Positions 45,846 to 54,960 of a stretch of DNA of 64,000 nt are shown here, piece after piece. Source of the DNA: Hyaloraphidium curvatum SAG 235-1. Lineage: Eukaryota > Fungi > Monoblepharomycota. The stretch spans positions 1,543,649 through 1,607,648 of the forward strand of contig JAIVFI010000001.1 of the NCBI GenBank assembly GCA_025558095.1, in the 5' to 3' direction. The stretch's first letter is position 1. Every line of letters starts with the position of its first letter. The position numbers and the translations under genes are program-made. Under the pieces are notes generated by a model that had not been told where the DNA came from, made no database searches, and saw nothing but the letters and a program-made list of their open reading frames with translations.

Positions 45846-47976
45846 TCAAGGACGGTGAGCCAGGAGCCGGCAGCAGGGATCCGGTTGACGTGGAGGCGGC
45901 CTTGGCCTGGGGGGAGCCGAGCTTGCGAACGGCCGCCTTGGCCTTCCGTTCCGCTTTGGCGGATTTGACGTCGATTTGCTGATACGGCTTGGCAACCTTG
46001 TCCGGGTTTGTCCCTGCCACATCCTCCACGGGACGGCCCTTGCCTGCGTGCTTGGGGCCTGGGGCCATCGTAGGATCACCAACCGCGGATGCCCCAGCGG
46101 CCTCATCGGCCGTGTGCATGTCTTCGCTTGGTGCCTCCGAGTTCGAACCATCGCCCTCAGCAGAGGCTTCGGAGGCGGCGTCGTTTCCACCCGAGGCCTC
46201 AGAGCCGGTGGCATCCTCCTCCATCGCAGATTCCGTGCCCTCCATTGCGGGAGCAGCAAGCTCCAGATCCTCCAGCGCGGTATTGGCTGCAACCTGCTGT
46301 GCAGCACTGCTGATGGCGTTCTCAGCGGCCAGCTGGTCGGCACCACCCATGTCCTCGTCCCCATCCTTGTCAGCCGGCTCCAAAATGGGAAGACCATGGA
46401 AATCCATCTTTTCGGCGGCGTCAGACTCCCCCCAATCGACCGAAGCACCGGCACCACCACCACCGAGTGCCGAAAACCTGTTGTGGGACGCCTTGGCCAC
46501 TGGCTGGGCAAGAGCTGGGGGCGCAGAGCCTGCGCGCTTGCCGGACGGCCCAGCTGTAAGCCACTCGTTGGCCGCAGGGGCGGTGGGGGAAGCCAGATGC
46601 GGAGGAACGACCTCTTCCCTCAGGGGGGGCAGCCGCGGGGTCGTGGCGGGCTCCACCGTTGGGGGAGAGAGCCGTACGTTGGCCGGGTTGTGAATGCAGT
46701 CCGCCTCGTGCGCACGGCGTGCTTGCGGGCTGGCAAAGGCGCCGGGATTCATGCGGTTGAGACCGTCTGGGCAGTAAGCACAGTTGGTGCACGTGGCATC
46801 GTCACCGACGTGGCCGCCCGTGCGCTTGCAGTGGCCGCACTGTCCGTTGCTACTGTCATAGCGGACAGCTGGGCGAAGGAGCTTGTGCTGGAGGAGTGTC
46901 CCCCACGAGTCAAGGAAGCAGTACGAGGGTGGGCCAATGCGTGCTGCGCGGTCAAAGAAGGCATCAACCCCGCACTGCGAGACGTCGAAAGTGACCCGCC
47001 AGAAGGCGTTGCTGTCGGTGCCCGAGATGGGAGCCGCTTCAATGACTTGGCAAGGGGCCCCATAGTGGTTCTGGAAAGTCGCGTAGAGGCGGGCCCACCA
47101 GTCCGGGCACTCGTGCACCGAACCAGGGACGATCATGGGCCCGATCTTGAGCTCGGCGTGCGTGTCCTTGAAGACAGGGTGGATGCGCAGCCGACGCGTC
47201 GGGCCGTTTGGGAACTTGACCTCCAGCACCCCCTGCTCCACCAAGGCGTTGATAGCGTCTGCCCCGTCGACAGCACCAACAACACAGAAGAGGTCCAGTC
47301 GCGAGTAACGCGGGTTGTAGCCTCGCGTCTCGGTCGTGAAGACGGTGGTGGGGAAGGTCGCCTTCGCCACGGCTTCGGCGACGACGCGCCGTCGGTCCTT
47401 TGGCACACCGTTGAGGTCGATGAGGCAGTGGGGGACAGGCCCAATGAAGGCCGGCGTGTAGCCCCGACCGTTGGCGTGCGGTTGCACCCGATCGATGAGC
47501 TTGGCGTAGTTGGTGGGCGCCGAGAAAGGCATGGCAGAAGCCAGATGCTCCGCCATCGCGCCGTCCGTGACACGAACAATCGGGCGGTCGGGCGAGGTGC
47601 GCGACGTTGCTGCGGCGAAAGAGCGAGACCCCAGGCGCGTGGCGGGGGCGGTTGCTTTCGGGAGACGATTCTGCGGAGCCGGCTCCTCCCGGGCGCCGCC
47701 GTTGGCGGACGCGGGGCGGATTTCAGTGGTCGATTCAGCAGCGTCCTCCTTAGAACCTGTCAGCTGAGCCGTAGCACCAGCGGGGGCCGGCGCGGGCTCC
47801 TCTGCCGCGCCAGGGAGGCGAGGAGAGGCAGCGACGCCGGGAGCGTGGGAAGAGTGGACGGGATTCGCAAGCGCCTCCGAGGAGGCCGCGGCGAGCGCAG
47901 GGGAGACCTTGCCATCAGGCAGGACCACGGGAGCGGCCGCATCATTGGGCCCCTGCCCTGTGTCAGGGGGGTCCAT
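45838..47976 (-). CDS. Retrotransposon ORF1, gag-like with a zinc knuckle
   Basis: First ATG inside the element (MDPPDTGQG). Contains CGHCKRTGGHVGDDATC followed by CAYC...H...C, with disordered termini. Confidence 0.75.
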   Translation of the reverse strand: MDPPDTGQGPNDAAAPVVLPDGKVSPALAAASSEALANPVHSSHAPGVAASPRLPGAAEEPAPAPAGATAQLTGSKEDAAESTTEIRPASANGGAREEPAPQNRLPKATAPATRLGSRSFAAATSRTSPDRPIVRVTDGAMAEHLASAMPFSAPTNYAKLIDRVQPHANGRGYTPAFIGPVPHCLIDLNGVPKDRRRVVAEAVAKATFPTTVFTTETRGYNPRYSRLDLFCVVGAVDGADAINALVEQGVLEVKFPNGPTRRLRIHPVFKDTHAELKIGPMIVPGSVHECPDWWARLYATFQNHYGAPCQVIEAAPISGTDSNAFWRVTFDVSQCGVDAFFDRAARIGPPSYCFLDSWGTLLQHKLLRPAVRYDSSNGQCGHCKRTGGHVGDDATCTNCAYCPDGLNRMNPGAFASPQARRAHEADCIHNPANVRLSPPTVEPATTPRLPPLREEVVPPHLASPTAPAANEWLTAGPSGKRAGSAPPALAQPVAKASHNRFSALGGGGAGASVDWGESDAAEKMDFHGLPILEPADKDGDEDMGGADQLAAENAISSAAQQVAANTALEDLELAAPAMEGTESAMEEDATGSEASGGNDAASEASAEGDGSNSEAPSEDMHTADEAAGASAVGDPTMAPGPKHAGKGRPVEDVAGTNPDKVAKPYQQIDVKSAKAERKAKAAVRKLGSPQAKAASTSTGSLLPAPGSPSLNA

Positions 47977-47981
47977 TCTGC

Positions 47982-49028
47982 CTTGCGGGGCTCGTTCGGT
48001 GGTCTCAGCTCGTTCAGGAGGGTTCCGTCCCGCCCGAAGCCGCGGAACAGGGCGGTGGCGAGGCCTCGGCGCCCGCCATCCCATCTCCCCTTCTGCAGCA
48101 CAAGGCCGGGGATCCCCTGTGCCCGTGTGCGGCTTCCACCTGCGGAGGCGCCCTCGTTCGAAGCGCTCCGCTCCTGTGCCATGTCGAGGCCATGTCGAGG
48201 CTGGTCCCGCTCACGACGTCGTGCTTCCTGATTCTCGCGACCCCTCTGCTGGTGCACCCCACGTATTGGACCTCGTGGTGGGCTCTATCGGGAGCGCTGG
48301 CCATCTTGGGTTGCCTGGATTTCGTCCCCGTCAACGTCCTGGGGCGCTTTGCTACGAACGCGTCGCTGCTGCGGCTTTCCGTCCGGGTTCAGCGCCGCGC
48401 CATGCTGCTTTCGCTCCGCCGCTTCCTCGACGGATTCGATAGGGCTCTGTTTTCCGGGAACGGCTGCGGGGAAAGGGAGCTTGCCGACGTGCAGCTCTAC
48501 GTCCAGCTGCACTACCGCCTGGCGGACGCCTGGGAAAGGCGCGTCCCGTTCCTCGTTTCGGGACACATACTGCTCGGCTTTTCGCTCGCTGGGACTGCGG
48601 TACCCTTCGTCGTCAACCTCGCCGCGGGTTCCTGCATCCCCGCCTACCTGGCCGCCGGCTTCGTCTTCATCTTGGCTATCACCGTCGCGGACCTCGTGCA
48701 CGTCGCGCTCTCCAACGAGCAGATCGAGCGCATCACGGAGCTCTACCGGCAGGCGCAGACCGAGATCCGGGACAAGATCGTGCGCGCACAGGCGCTCCCG
48801 CCAGATCCCGACCGAGCGCCCGTGCTCAAGGCGCTGAAAGGCCACGACAGGCTGCTGGACTCGTTCCTGCAGGTTTCGGGGTTCCGCGGCAAGTTTTTGG
48901 GGTTCGTGGTGGATTTCGGGGTGCTGAGGACGTTCCTCGTGACCATCTTCACCGTGATGGTCGGGCTTTGGTCGATCCTGCGGGGGTCCGTGTTCTTCAC
49001 GCTGGGCTCGATCTGCCCGTCGCGGTGA
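47982..49028 (+). pseudogene. 7-TM family copy 4, 3' half (begins with the right TSD)
   Basis: LVRWSQLV ~ IVRWLELV; LLQHKAGDPLCPCAASTCGG ~ LLDHDP..LCPCPLPRCAGG; C-terminus GFRGKFLGFVVDFGVLRTFLVTIFTVMVGLWSILRG. Confidence 0.85.
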
Positions 49029-49029
49029 C

Positions 49030-49400
49030 CGAGACGAGCCCAATTTTGCTCCGAGAGCGGATGGTAGTCATCGCCCCTATCGGCGTTCTCGCCCTTCTTC
49101 GGCGTTCTCCAGATCGAAGCCCTCCGGATCGGCCCCGAAGACGATCCGGCGGGCGTGTGCCGCTTTGCCGAGGAGCTCCGCAACTTGGACGAGCCCGCCT
49201 CTGGCGCCGTGGAAACCGAGTGCGTGGACGGCGCAATGGAAGCGGCGGACGGCGGCGAGCGGCGCCGCCTTTTCGGCTGCATCAGGGTGCTCCGCGGCTC
49301 GCAGCACGTGGATCTGTCGACGGACAACCTGGTGGAGCTTCTCCGGTGGGGGGAGGAGAGCGTGCCGGCGAACGGACAGGGGCGGTCGGAATCGCGAGTG
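49030..49400 (+). pseudogene. LRR-like 'PAFxP' family fragment D
   Basis: LQIEALRIGPEDDPAGVCRFAEELRNL...RRLFGCIRVLRGSQHVDL resembles the C-terminal part of copies A-C. Confidence 0.45.
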
Positions 49401-49592
49401 AGTGGCAATGGGGGGAAGCATGCAGCTGCGCCGGAGGGCCGCGGATGCCCCGCGATCGAGGTCCTTCTTCGCTCGTCCAGCAGACTGTATACGTTACCCC
49501 GATCGAGGGTCCACCGCCGCTGGTCGGTATCCTCCCAACCCGAGGCTCCAAGACCGGGCCGGACAACCAAACAAACGACCGCGCTCGCCGCA

Positions 49593-51116
49593 ATGGCCCC
49601 GCATGCCGCCTCCGCGGCGGACGACCGGCTCGCCGCGCTGCTCTCCGCGCGGTTCGAATCCGACGTGCCGCGCGATGTGCCGCCGACGGTGCCTTTGGAG
49701 CTCCGCCCCGCGCTCCTCGCGTCGCCGAAGCTGCGGCACGTCGAGTGCGCCGTCGTCGGCGGCGGCATCGGCGGCCTCGCGTTCGCGCGGCTGCGGGCGA
49801 GGGCGCGGCGGGCAAAGGGACTGCCGGCGGACATCGCCGTGGTCGAGAGGGAGAACAGGTTCGGCGGGCGCGTGTTCGACGTCGACCTGTCGGGCGGCGC
49901 GGGCGAACACGTCGGGCTGGGCGCGTGGCGCGTCAAAAGGGGCGACAAACGGATGCTGGAACTGGCGGACAACTACGGGATCCGGTTGCGGCCCTGGTCG
50001 CTGAAGGACGTGCGGTTCGAGGCGCGGGGCGTCACGGCAACGTCGATGGACGGGCTGCGGAATATGGCGTTCCCCGAGATCGACGCGCTCTACCGCAGCA
50101 AACCCCCGGGCTACTCTTTAATGGACGACGTCGTCGCCCGCGTCGAGGCGGACCCCGTTTCCGCGCGGCGGCACGGCACCCTGGCCAACCTCATCGCCGC
50201 CGAGTTCGGCCCCGAGGCCGCGGAATGGGCCCGCGCGACGTACGGCCCGTGGACGGCGCACTACTACTCCGTGGACGCGGTGTGGCTGGTGCGGTGGTGG
50301 CGGACGCACGATTGGGGGGAGCGGGACGAGCTGCGTCCCCCGGGGGGTTTGGGCGAGATCGTGGCGGGAGTGGAGGGGGAGTGTCGGGAGCTGGGCGTCG
50401 AACTGTTGGCAGGGGACGCCGTCGTTGAGCTGGAAAAGTTCGACGACTCCCCCGATGCCGGATCCCGGTACCTCCTGCGCACCGCCTCGGGCACGATCCT
50501 CCTGTGCCGCACCCTCGTCCTCGCCCTCCCCCCCGCCGCACTCCGCCTCCTCCGCTCGGACTTCCTTTCCCGTTACTTGTTCCCGCAGCCCATCTTCTCG
50601 GACGTCGTCGGCATCCCCGCCTTCAAGGCCGCCCTCTCCTTTGCCTCGCGGTGGTGGGAGCCCGAGCTCCCTGCCCCCGGCGGCGACGGCGCCTACCCGT
50701 GCATGGCGACCAAGACGGCCACCCTGGGCCTGCTGGTGGCCCACCCCCCGGCCGGCGACAGGCACGTGCTGCACTGCGCCTACACGGACGACCCGCATTC
50801 CCTGGCGGCGATCGTGCCGCTGCTGCACTCCCGCGAGCTCGTCCTCTCCCACCTGGCGACGCAGCTCGCCCTCCTCTTCCCGCACAAGGCCATCCCCGCG
50901 CCCTTGGACCTCGCGTACGCATACTGGCGCGACGGCGCGTGGCACCAGCACCGCCCAGGCTCATGCTTCTCCGAGGACGCGTTCGCCGCGTGGAGCCCCG
51001 CCCCGCTGGGGGCGGGGGAGAGGGTGGCGCTGGTGGGGGAGGCGTGGGGGCGGGCGAGGGAGTGGTGCGAGGGGGCGGTGGACAGCGCCGAGGCGGCGTT
51101 CGCGAGGCTGGGGTGA
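49593..51116 (+). CDS. Flavin-containing amine / L-amino-acid oxidase family protein
   Basis: VVGGGIGGL, ERENRFGGRV, LGAWR and C-terminal LVGEAW...WCEGAVDSA. Confidence 0.8.
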   Translation: MAPHAASAADDRLAALLSARFESDVPRDVPPTVPLELRPALLASPKLRHVECAVVGGGIGGLAFARLRARARRAKGLPADIAVVERENRFGGRVFDVDLSGGAGEHVGLGAWRVKRGDKRMLELADNYGIRLRPWSLKDVRFEARGVTATSMDGLRNMAFPEIDALYRSKPPGYSLMDDVVARVEADPVSARRHGTLANLIAAEFGPEAAEWARATYGPWTAHYYSVDAVWLVRWWRTHDWGERDELRPPGGLGEIVAGVEGECRELGVELLAGDAVVELEKFDDSPDAGSRYLLRTASGTILLCRTLVLALPPAALRLLRSDFLSRYLFPQPIFSDVVGIPAFKAALSFASRWWEPELPAPGGDGAYPCMATKTATLGLLVAHPPAGDRHVLHCAYTDDPHSLAAIVPLLHSRELVLSHLATQLALLFPHKAIPAPLDLAYAYWRDGAWHQHRPGSCFSEDAFAAWSPAPLGAGERVALVGEAWGRAREWCEGAVDSAEAAFARLG

Positions 51117-51318
51117 TTGTGGACCGGCTGCAGACATGTACTTCTCATCTGTTGTGGCGGATGATGTTGGGCCCCCGATCGCTGCCTGCCAAGCCTGCAC
51201 GCGGAGGGGTCCGGGTTAGGCGAGATTGGGTGGCTGGGCCCTCGCGGGTTTACGCGCGGACCCCAATAACAGCCGACACCCAGCAGCGTGCCCCCCCTCG
51301 GGTCGTGCGGCCGCCGCG

Positions 51319-53373
51319 ATGTCGACGGTCGAGAAAGGGCGCGTGTCGCCGCCCGGGTCGGAGGACATGCTGTCGCCGCCGTCGCCCGCGGCGGGCCCGA
51401 AGCGGCCGTGGTACCGCCACCCGCTTTTCCTCGCGGCGTGCGGCGTGCTCGCCGCCGCCGCCATCGCCGTTCCCACCGCAATCGTGGTGACAAACAACAG
51501 CAAGACGGCGGCGGCCGGGGCGGGTGCGTCATCGGGCAGCGGGGCGGGCACCCCCGGTCCGGCGGTCGACGCCGACGCCGACGACGACGGCACGCCCGAC
51601 GTCCTGACGTACAACAACCGCACGCTCTCGTGCCGCCGCCAGGACCGCTCGTACCTCAACATCTCGCTGGCCGACGCCGGCGTCGCCGACAACGACCCGG
51701 CGCTGAACCGCGTGCAGTGGAACGGCACCGTCAAGGTCTACCCCAAGGACCCCGTGAAGAACCTGATGCCGTACAGGGAGATGGACTACCCCGTGCCGGC
51801 CGTCGGGCCCTTTGCCGCCTCGCCGCCGTGCTGGCGCCCCTCGCCCGAGCCCCCCGCCGGCGCAGATCGCTTCCAGCCCTTCCTGCCCTGCATCCTCGGC
51901 GCAGACCCCATCGACATCCACGCCAACTACTACCTCTCGCGCTCCGCCGCATCCTCGCGCCCGTTCGCCGCCGCACTGACCACGCTGTTCGACGGCGCCG
52001 AGGCCGACGCAAACTCCACGCGCATCTACACCGTCACTAACAAGAAGGTCTTCCCCCTGGTGCAGAACCCCAGGGACCCGCACGCATTCTTCCACGCGGC
52101 GCCCTACTACTTCCCCGACCCCACCTGCGTCGACAAGGCCACGGGCAAGAAGGACCCCGCGGCCTGCCCGTACATCCACTGCCCGCAGAGCCTGCTGTCC
52201 CCCGACAACCGCGCGTCCACCGACGTCAACGAGCTCCTGGGGACGATCAGGGCCGTGGGGCGGCTGGCTCTGCGCGCGTACTTTGCCGGCGCCGAGTTCG
52301 AGGTCCGCGGGCCGTCGGCGGGGTCGCTCCTGTTCGCGCAGGCGCCGGCCAACGCCACCTTCCGCGTGGCCGGCACCGCGGGCAACCTCACCGTGCGGGC
52401 GGCCGACGTCGCCGCGGACCAGGCGCGCTACGTCGCCCGCGCGCAGCGGATCCTCTCGGCCTTTTTCCTCGCGCCCGACACCTTCATGCGGCCCAACTTC
52501 ACCTTTGCCGGGTACGCCCACGGCTGGCCCGCGCAGGGCGCCTTCTTCGGGCAGTTCACCAAGCTGATCGACCTGGTGGACTCGATCACGCTGCTGGAGA
52601 GCCTGCCCGCGTGGAACACCACGCGCGGCGGGGTGGGCGGCGAGGGCGGCGCCGAGATCACCGCCGGGCTGCGCAGATGGTTCTCGGACCTCTACGAGTG
52701 GCACGCGACGACGCCCGCGACGGACAAGGACCAGGAAAGGATCAACAACATCGGGCAGTGGGTCGATGCCGTCTGGGTATCGGTGGCGCACTACGCCGGC
52801 CGCGCCGGGGCGCCCGCCTCCATCCTCGCCAAGGTGCCGACGCTGCGGCTGCAGCGCGCGACAAACACGGAGGGTGAGCTCGTAAGGGAGACGGTCAGGA
52901 CGGCGTCGTACGGGTACTCGACGTTTTCCCTCAACGCGCTCGCGACGCTGGCGTCGCAGGCGGACCGGTACGCCGGGGCGACGGCGGCGGGGTCGACAAA
53001 GAACCTGGGCGGGTTCTGGACCTGGTACGACGCCGTGGGCCCGCGCAACTCGTCGACGCTGCAGCGCGCCGTGGACTTCATCGTCCCCTACCTGCCGGGG
53101 GCCGAGACGTTCCCGGGGTCGGGCACCAGCAACCTCACCGGCAAGCCGTTCGAGATCGCCGGCAAACCGTGGCCCTTCCCTAACGACAAGGTGCGCACCG
53201 TCGAGGACCTGGAGTTCGTGCGGACGGCGTACCATGGGCTCGGCGGGGCGGCGGGGGAGGCGGCGGCGGACGCGCGGATGAGCACGCGGCGCTACCGCGT
53301 GGCGTGGGAGGAGGCCAACGGCGTGCCGTGGGGCGAGTGGGACGGGTCGGGGAGGCTGATGGAGCCGGCTTAG
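51319..53373 (+). CDS. Alginate-lyase-like (alpha/alpha barrel) type II membrane protein
   Basis: N-terminal TM. APYYFPDP, MRPNFTFA, LRRWFSDLYEW, NNIGQW, ETVRTASYGYSTFSLNA, LQRAVDFI. Confidence 0.65.
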   Translation: MSTVEKGRVSPPGSEDMLSPPSPAAGPKRPWYRHPLFLAACGVLAAAAIAVPTAIVVTNNSKTAAAGAGASSGSGAGTPGPAVDADADDDGTPDVLTYNNRTLSCRRQDRSYLNISLADAGVADNDPALNRVQWNGTVKVYPKDPVKNLMPYREMDYPVPAVGPFAASPPCWRPSPEPPAGADRFQPFLPCILGADPIDIHANYYLSRSAASSRPFAAALTTLFDGAEADANSTRIYTVTNKKVFPLVQNPRDPHAFFHAAPYYFPDPTCVDKATGKKDPAACPYIHCPQSLLSPDNRASTDVNELLGTIRAVGRLALRAYFAGAEFEVRGPSAGSLLFAQAPANATFRVAGTAGNLTVRAADVAADQARYVARAQRILSAFFLAPDTFMRPNFTFAGYAHGWPAQGAFFGQFTKLIDLVDSITLLESLPAWNTTRGGVGGEGGAEITAGLRRWFSDLYEWHATTPATDKDQERINNIGQWVDAVWVSVAHYAGRAGAPASILAKVPTLRLQRATNTEGELVRETVRTASYGYSTFSLNALATLASQADRYAGATAAGSTKNLGGFWTWYDAVGPRNSSTLQRAVDFIVPYLPGAETFPGSGTSNLTGKPFEIAGKPWPFPNDKVRTVEDLEFVRTAYHGLGGAAGEAAADARMSTRRYRVAWEEANGVPWGEWDGSGRLMEPA

Positions 53374-53534
53374 TGCGCGGAACGGCATCCGGAAGTGTGA
53401 CTCCCGGAGGCCGGTGCAGATGGACGCCGGCGCCGACACGCGATACGAATATGACGCTCGAATTGACAAAGGATCCACATTGCACTACGGGCCCGCCCAC
53501 CGCCAACGAATCCGCCCCGGTGCCGTGCCGGACG

Positions 53535-53557
53535 CCCCCCCCCCCCCCCCCCCCCCC
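53535..53557. repeat. Poly-C tract (~23 nt) between convergent genes
   Basis: Direct reading of the sequence. Confidence 0.8.
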
Positions 53558-53572
53558 GCCCTCCCGGAGGCA

Positions 53573-54960
53573 TCAGGCCGCCTCGGCCAGCGCCTCGGCC
53601 GGGTCCGTGGCCCAGAATGGGATCGTGCTGGGCCACTCGGGCATCCGCTCCAGGATCCAGAAGTTCTCCCTCGTCACGTCCGTCCCCGTCGGCAGCAGCC
53701 TCACGATCCTGAAGTAGGAGTTGAGGTTACCCGCGTCGGCGTAGTAGAACACCCAGCCCGTCTTGCGCTCCCGCACGATGCCCGGCGAGGCCTCGAGGAT
53801 CTTGCGGCGGTCGGCCTCCTCGCCGAGGTCCGTGATGGTGTAGTACTGGTCCCAGGCGACCATGGGGTCGCCGTCGGTGGCGTAGCGGATGCCGGGGACG
53901 AGGACGCTGGGGAGCTTGATGAGGTCCATCTTTGGGTCGAAGTCTGTCGAGGCGGGGGGGGGGGGCCGAAGTCAGCTGGTCGGTCCGCGGGGAGCACGCG
54001 CCGGTCACGCGTACCCTGAATGACGTCCGTGTCGGTGATCTTGTCCGTCGCGATGATGAAGGCGTCCGAGCCCAGGCCGCCGATGAGGTTGTCGGCCTGC
54101 CCGGCGCCGACGAGCGCGTCGTCCCCGGGGCCGCCGTCCAGCCGGTCGTCGCCCCGGCCGCCGACGAGCACGTCGTTGCCGGCGCCGCCCTCGATGATGT
54201 CGCTGCCGTCGCCGCCGAGGAGCACGTCCTGCGCCGCCGAACAATTTCGTCAGGCTCGTCCCGGTGGCCAGGAACAGGCCTCCGGGCACCCACGTTGCCG
54301 TTGCCGCCCTTGAGCGTATCGTCGCCGTCCCCGCCCTCGAGCCAGTCGTCGCCCGCGCCGCCCTCCATCACGTCGTTGGCCCCCTTGCCGTACAGCCGGT
54401 CGTTCCCCTCGTCCCCGCGCAGCGAGTCCTCCCGCGGCCCGCCGATGAGCAGGTCGTCCTCGGTGCCTCCGCGGAGGTTGTTGTACGCTGCAGACCCGTC
54501 AGGCGGTGGCGTTTGGTGCGCGCAGGAGCGGACGCACCGGTCGCGACCTGGCTCCCGAACAGGATGTCCATCCCGCCGTCCCCGAACATGTTGACCTCGC
54601 CTGCGCCGCGGCCCTGGATGTTGTCGTGGCCTGCGGCGGGGGAGGGGTCAGCCGTGCGGGCGGGGCGGCGTGCGGGGGGAGCCCACCCGAGCCGCCGAAC
54701 ACCTTGCCGTCGCCGACGCGCGCCATGTCCTGCCCCGGGCCCAGGTCGATCAGATCGGAGCCGCCCTGCGTGGCGTCGACAAAGTCGTTGCCGGCGAACG
54801 CCGTGATCGTGTCGTCGCCCGACGTGCCGGCGAGCGTGTCGCTGTTTTCCGTGCCGCGGATCGCCGCCCGCTCGCCGTACTCGACGACGAGCGGCACCGG
54901 CCGCGCCGCGGCGGACGCCGCGAGCGCCAGCAGGGCGAGCGCAGCCGCCGGGATCCGCAT
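53573..54960 (-). CDS. Secreted hemolysin-type (RTX) Ca2+-binding repeat protein, multi-exon
   Basis: Signal peptide MRIPAAALALLALAASAAA. More than 10 GGxGxD nonapeptides (e.g. GGAGDDWLE GGDGDDTLK GGNGN; GGAGNDVLV GGRGDDRLD GGPGDDALV). About four GT-AG introns. Confidence 0.85.

Larger units (their letters stand above)
41043..47981 (-). mobile_element. Non-LTR retrotransposon, CRE-clade-like, RT plus restriction-like endonuclease, three ORFs
   Basis: Bounded by a 14-bp TSD. Contains a gag-like ORF1, a Pro-rich middle ORF and a 1303-aa RT/RLE ORF. Confidence 0.9.

Noticed and set aside
47977-48084. ORF1 start at 48084
   Set aside because: It lies outside the TSD-defined element, on the antisense strand of the host gene.
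42379-48231. Long plus-strand ORFs (709 and 751 aa) in the retroelement, and similar antisense ORFs elsewhere
   Set aside because: Shadow ORFs of GC-rich coding strands with no recognisable motifs.
49155-49592. N-terminal extension of the amine oxidase (653-aa ORF)
   Set aside because: The upstream part is an LRR-like family fragment that happens to be in frame. The ATG at 49593 is the more plausible start.
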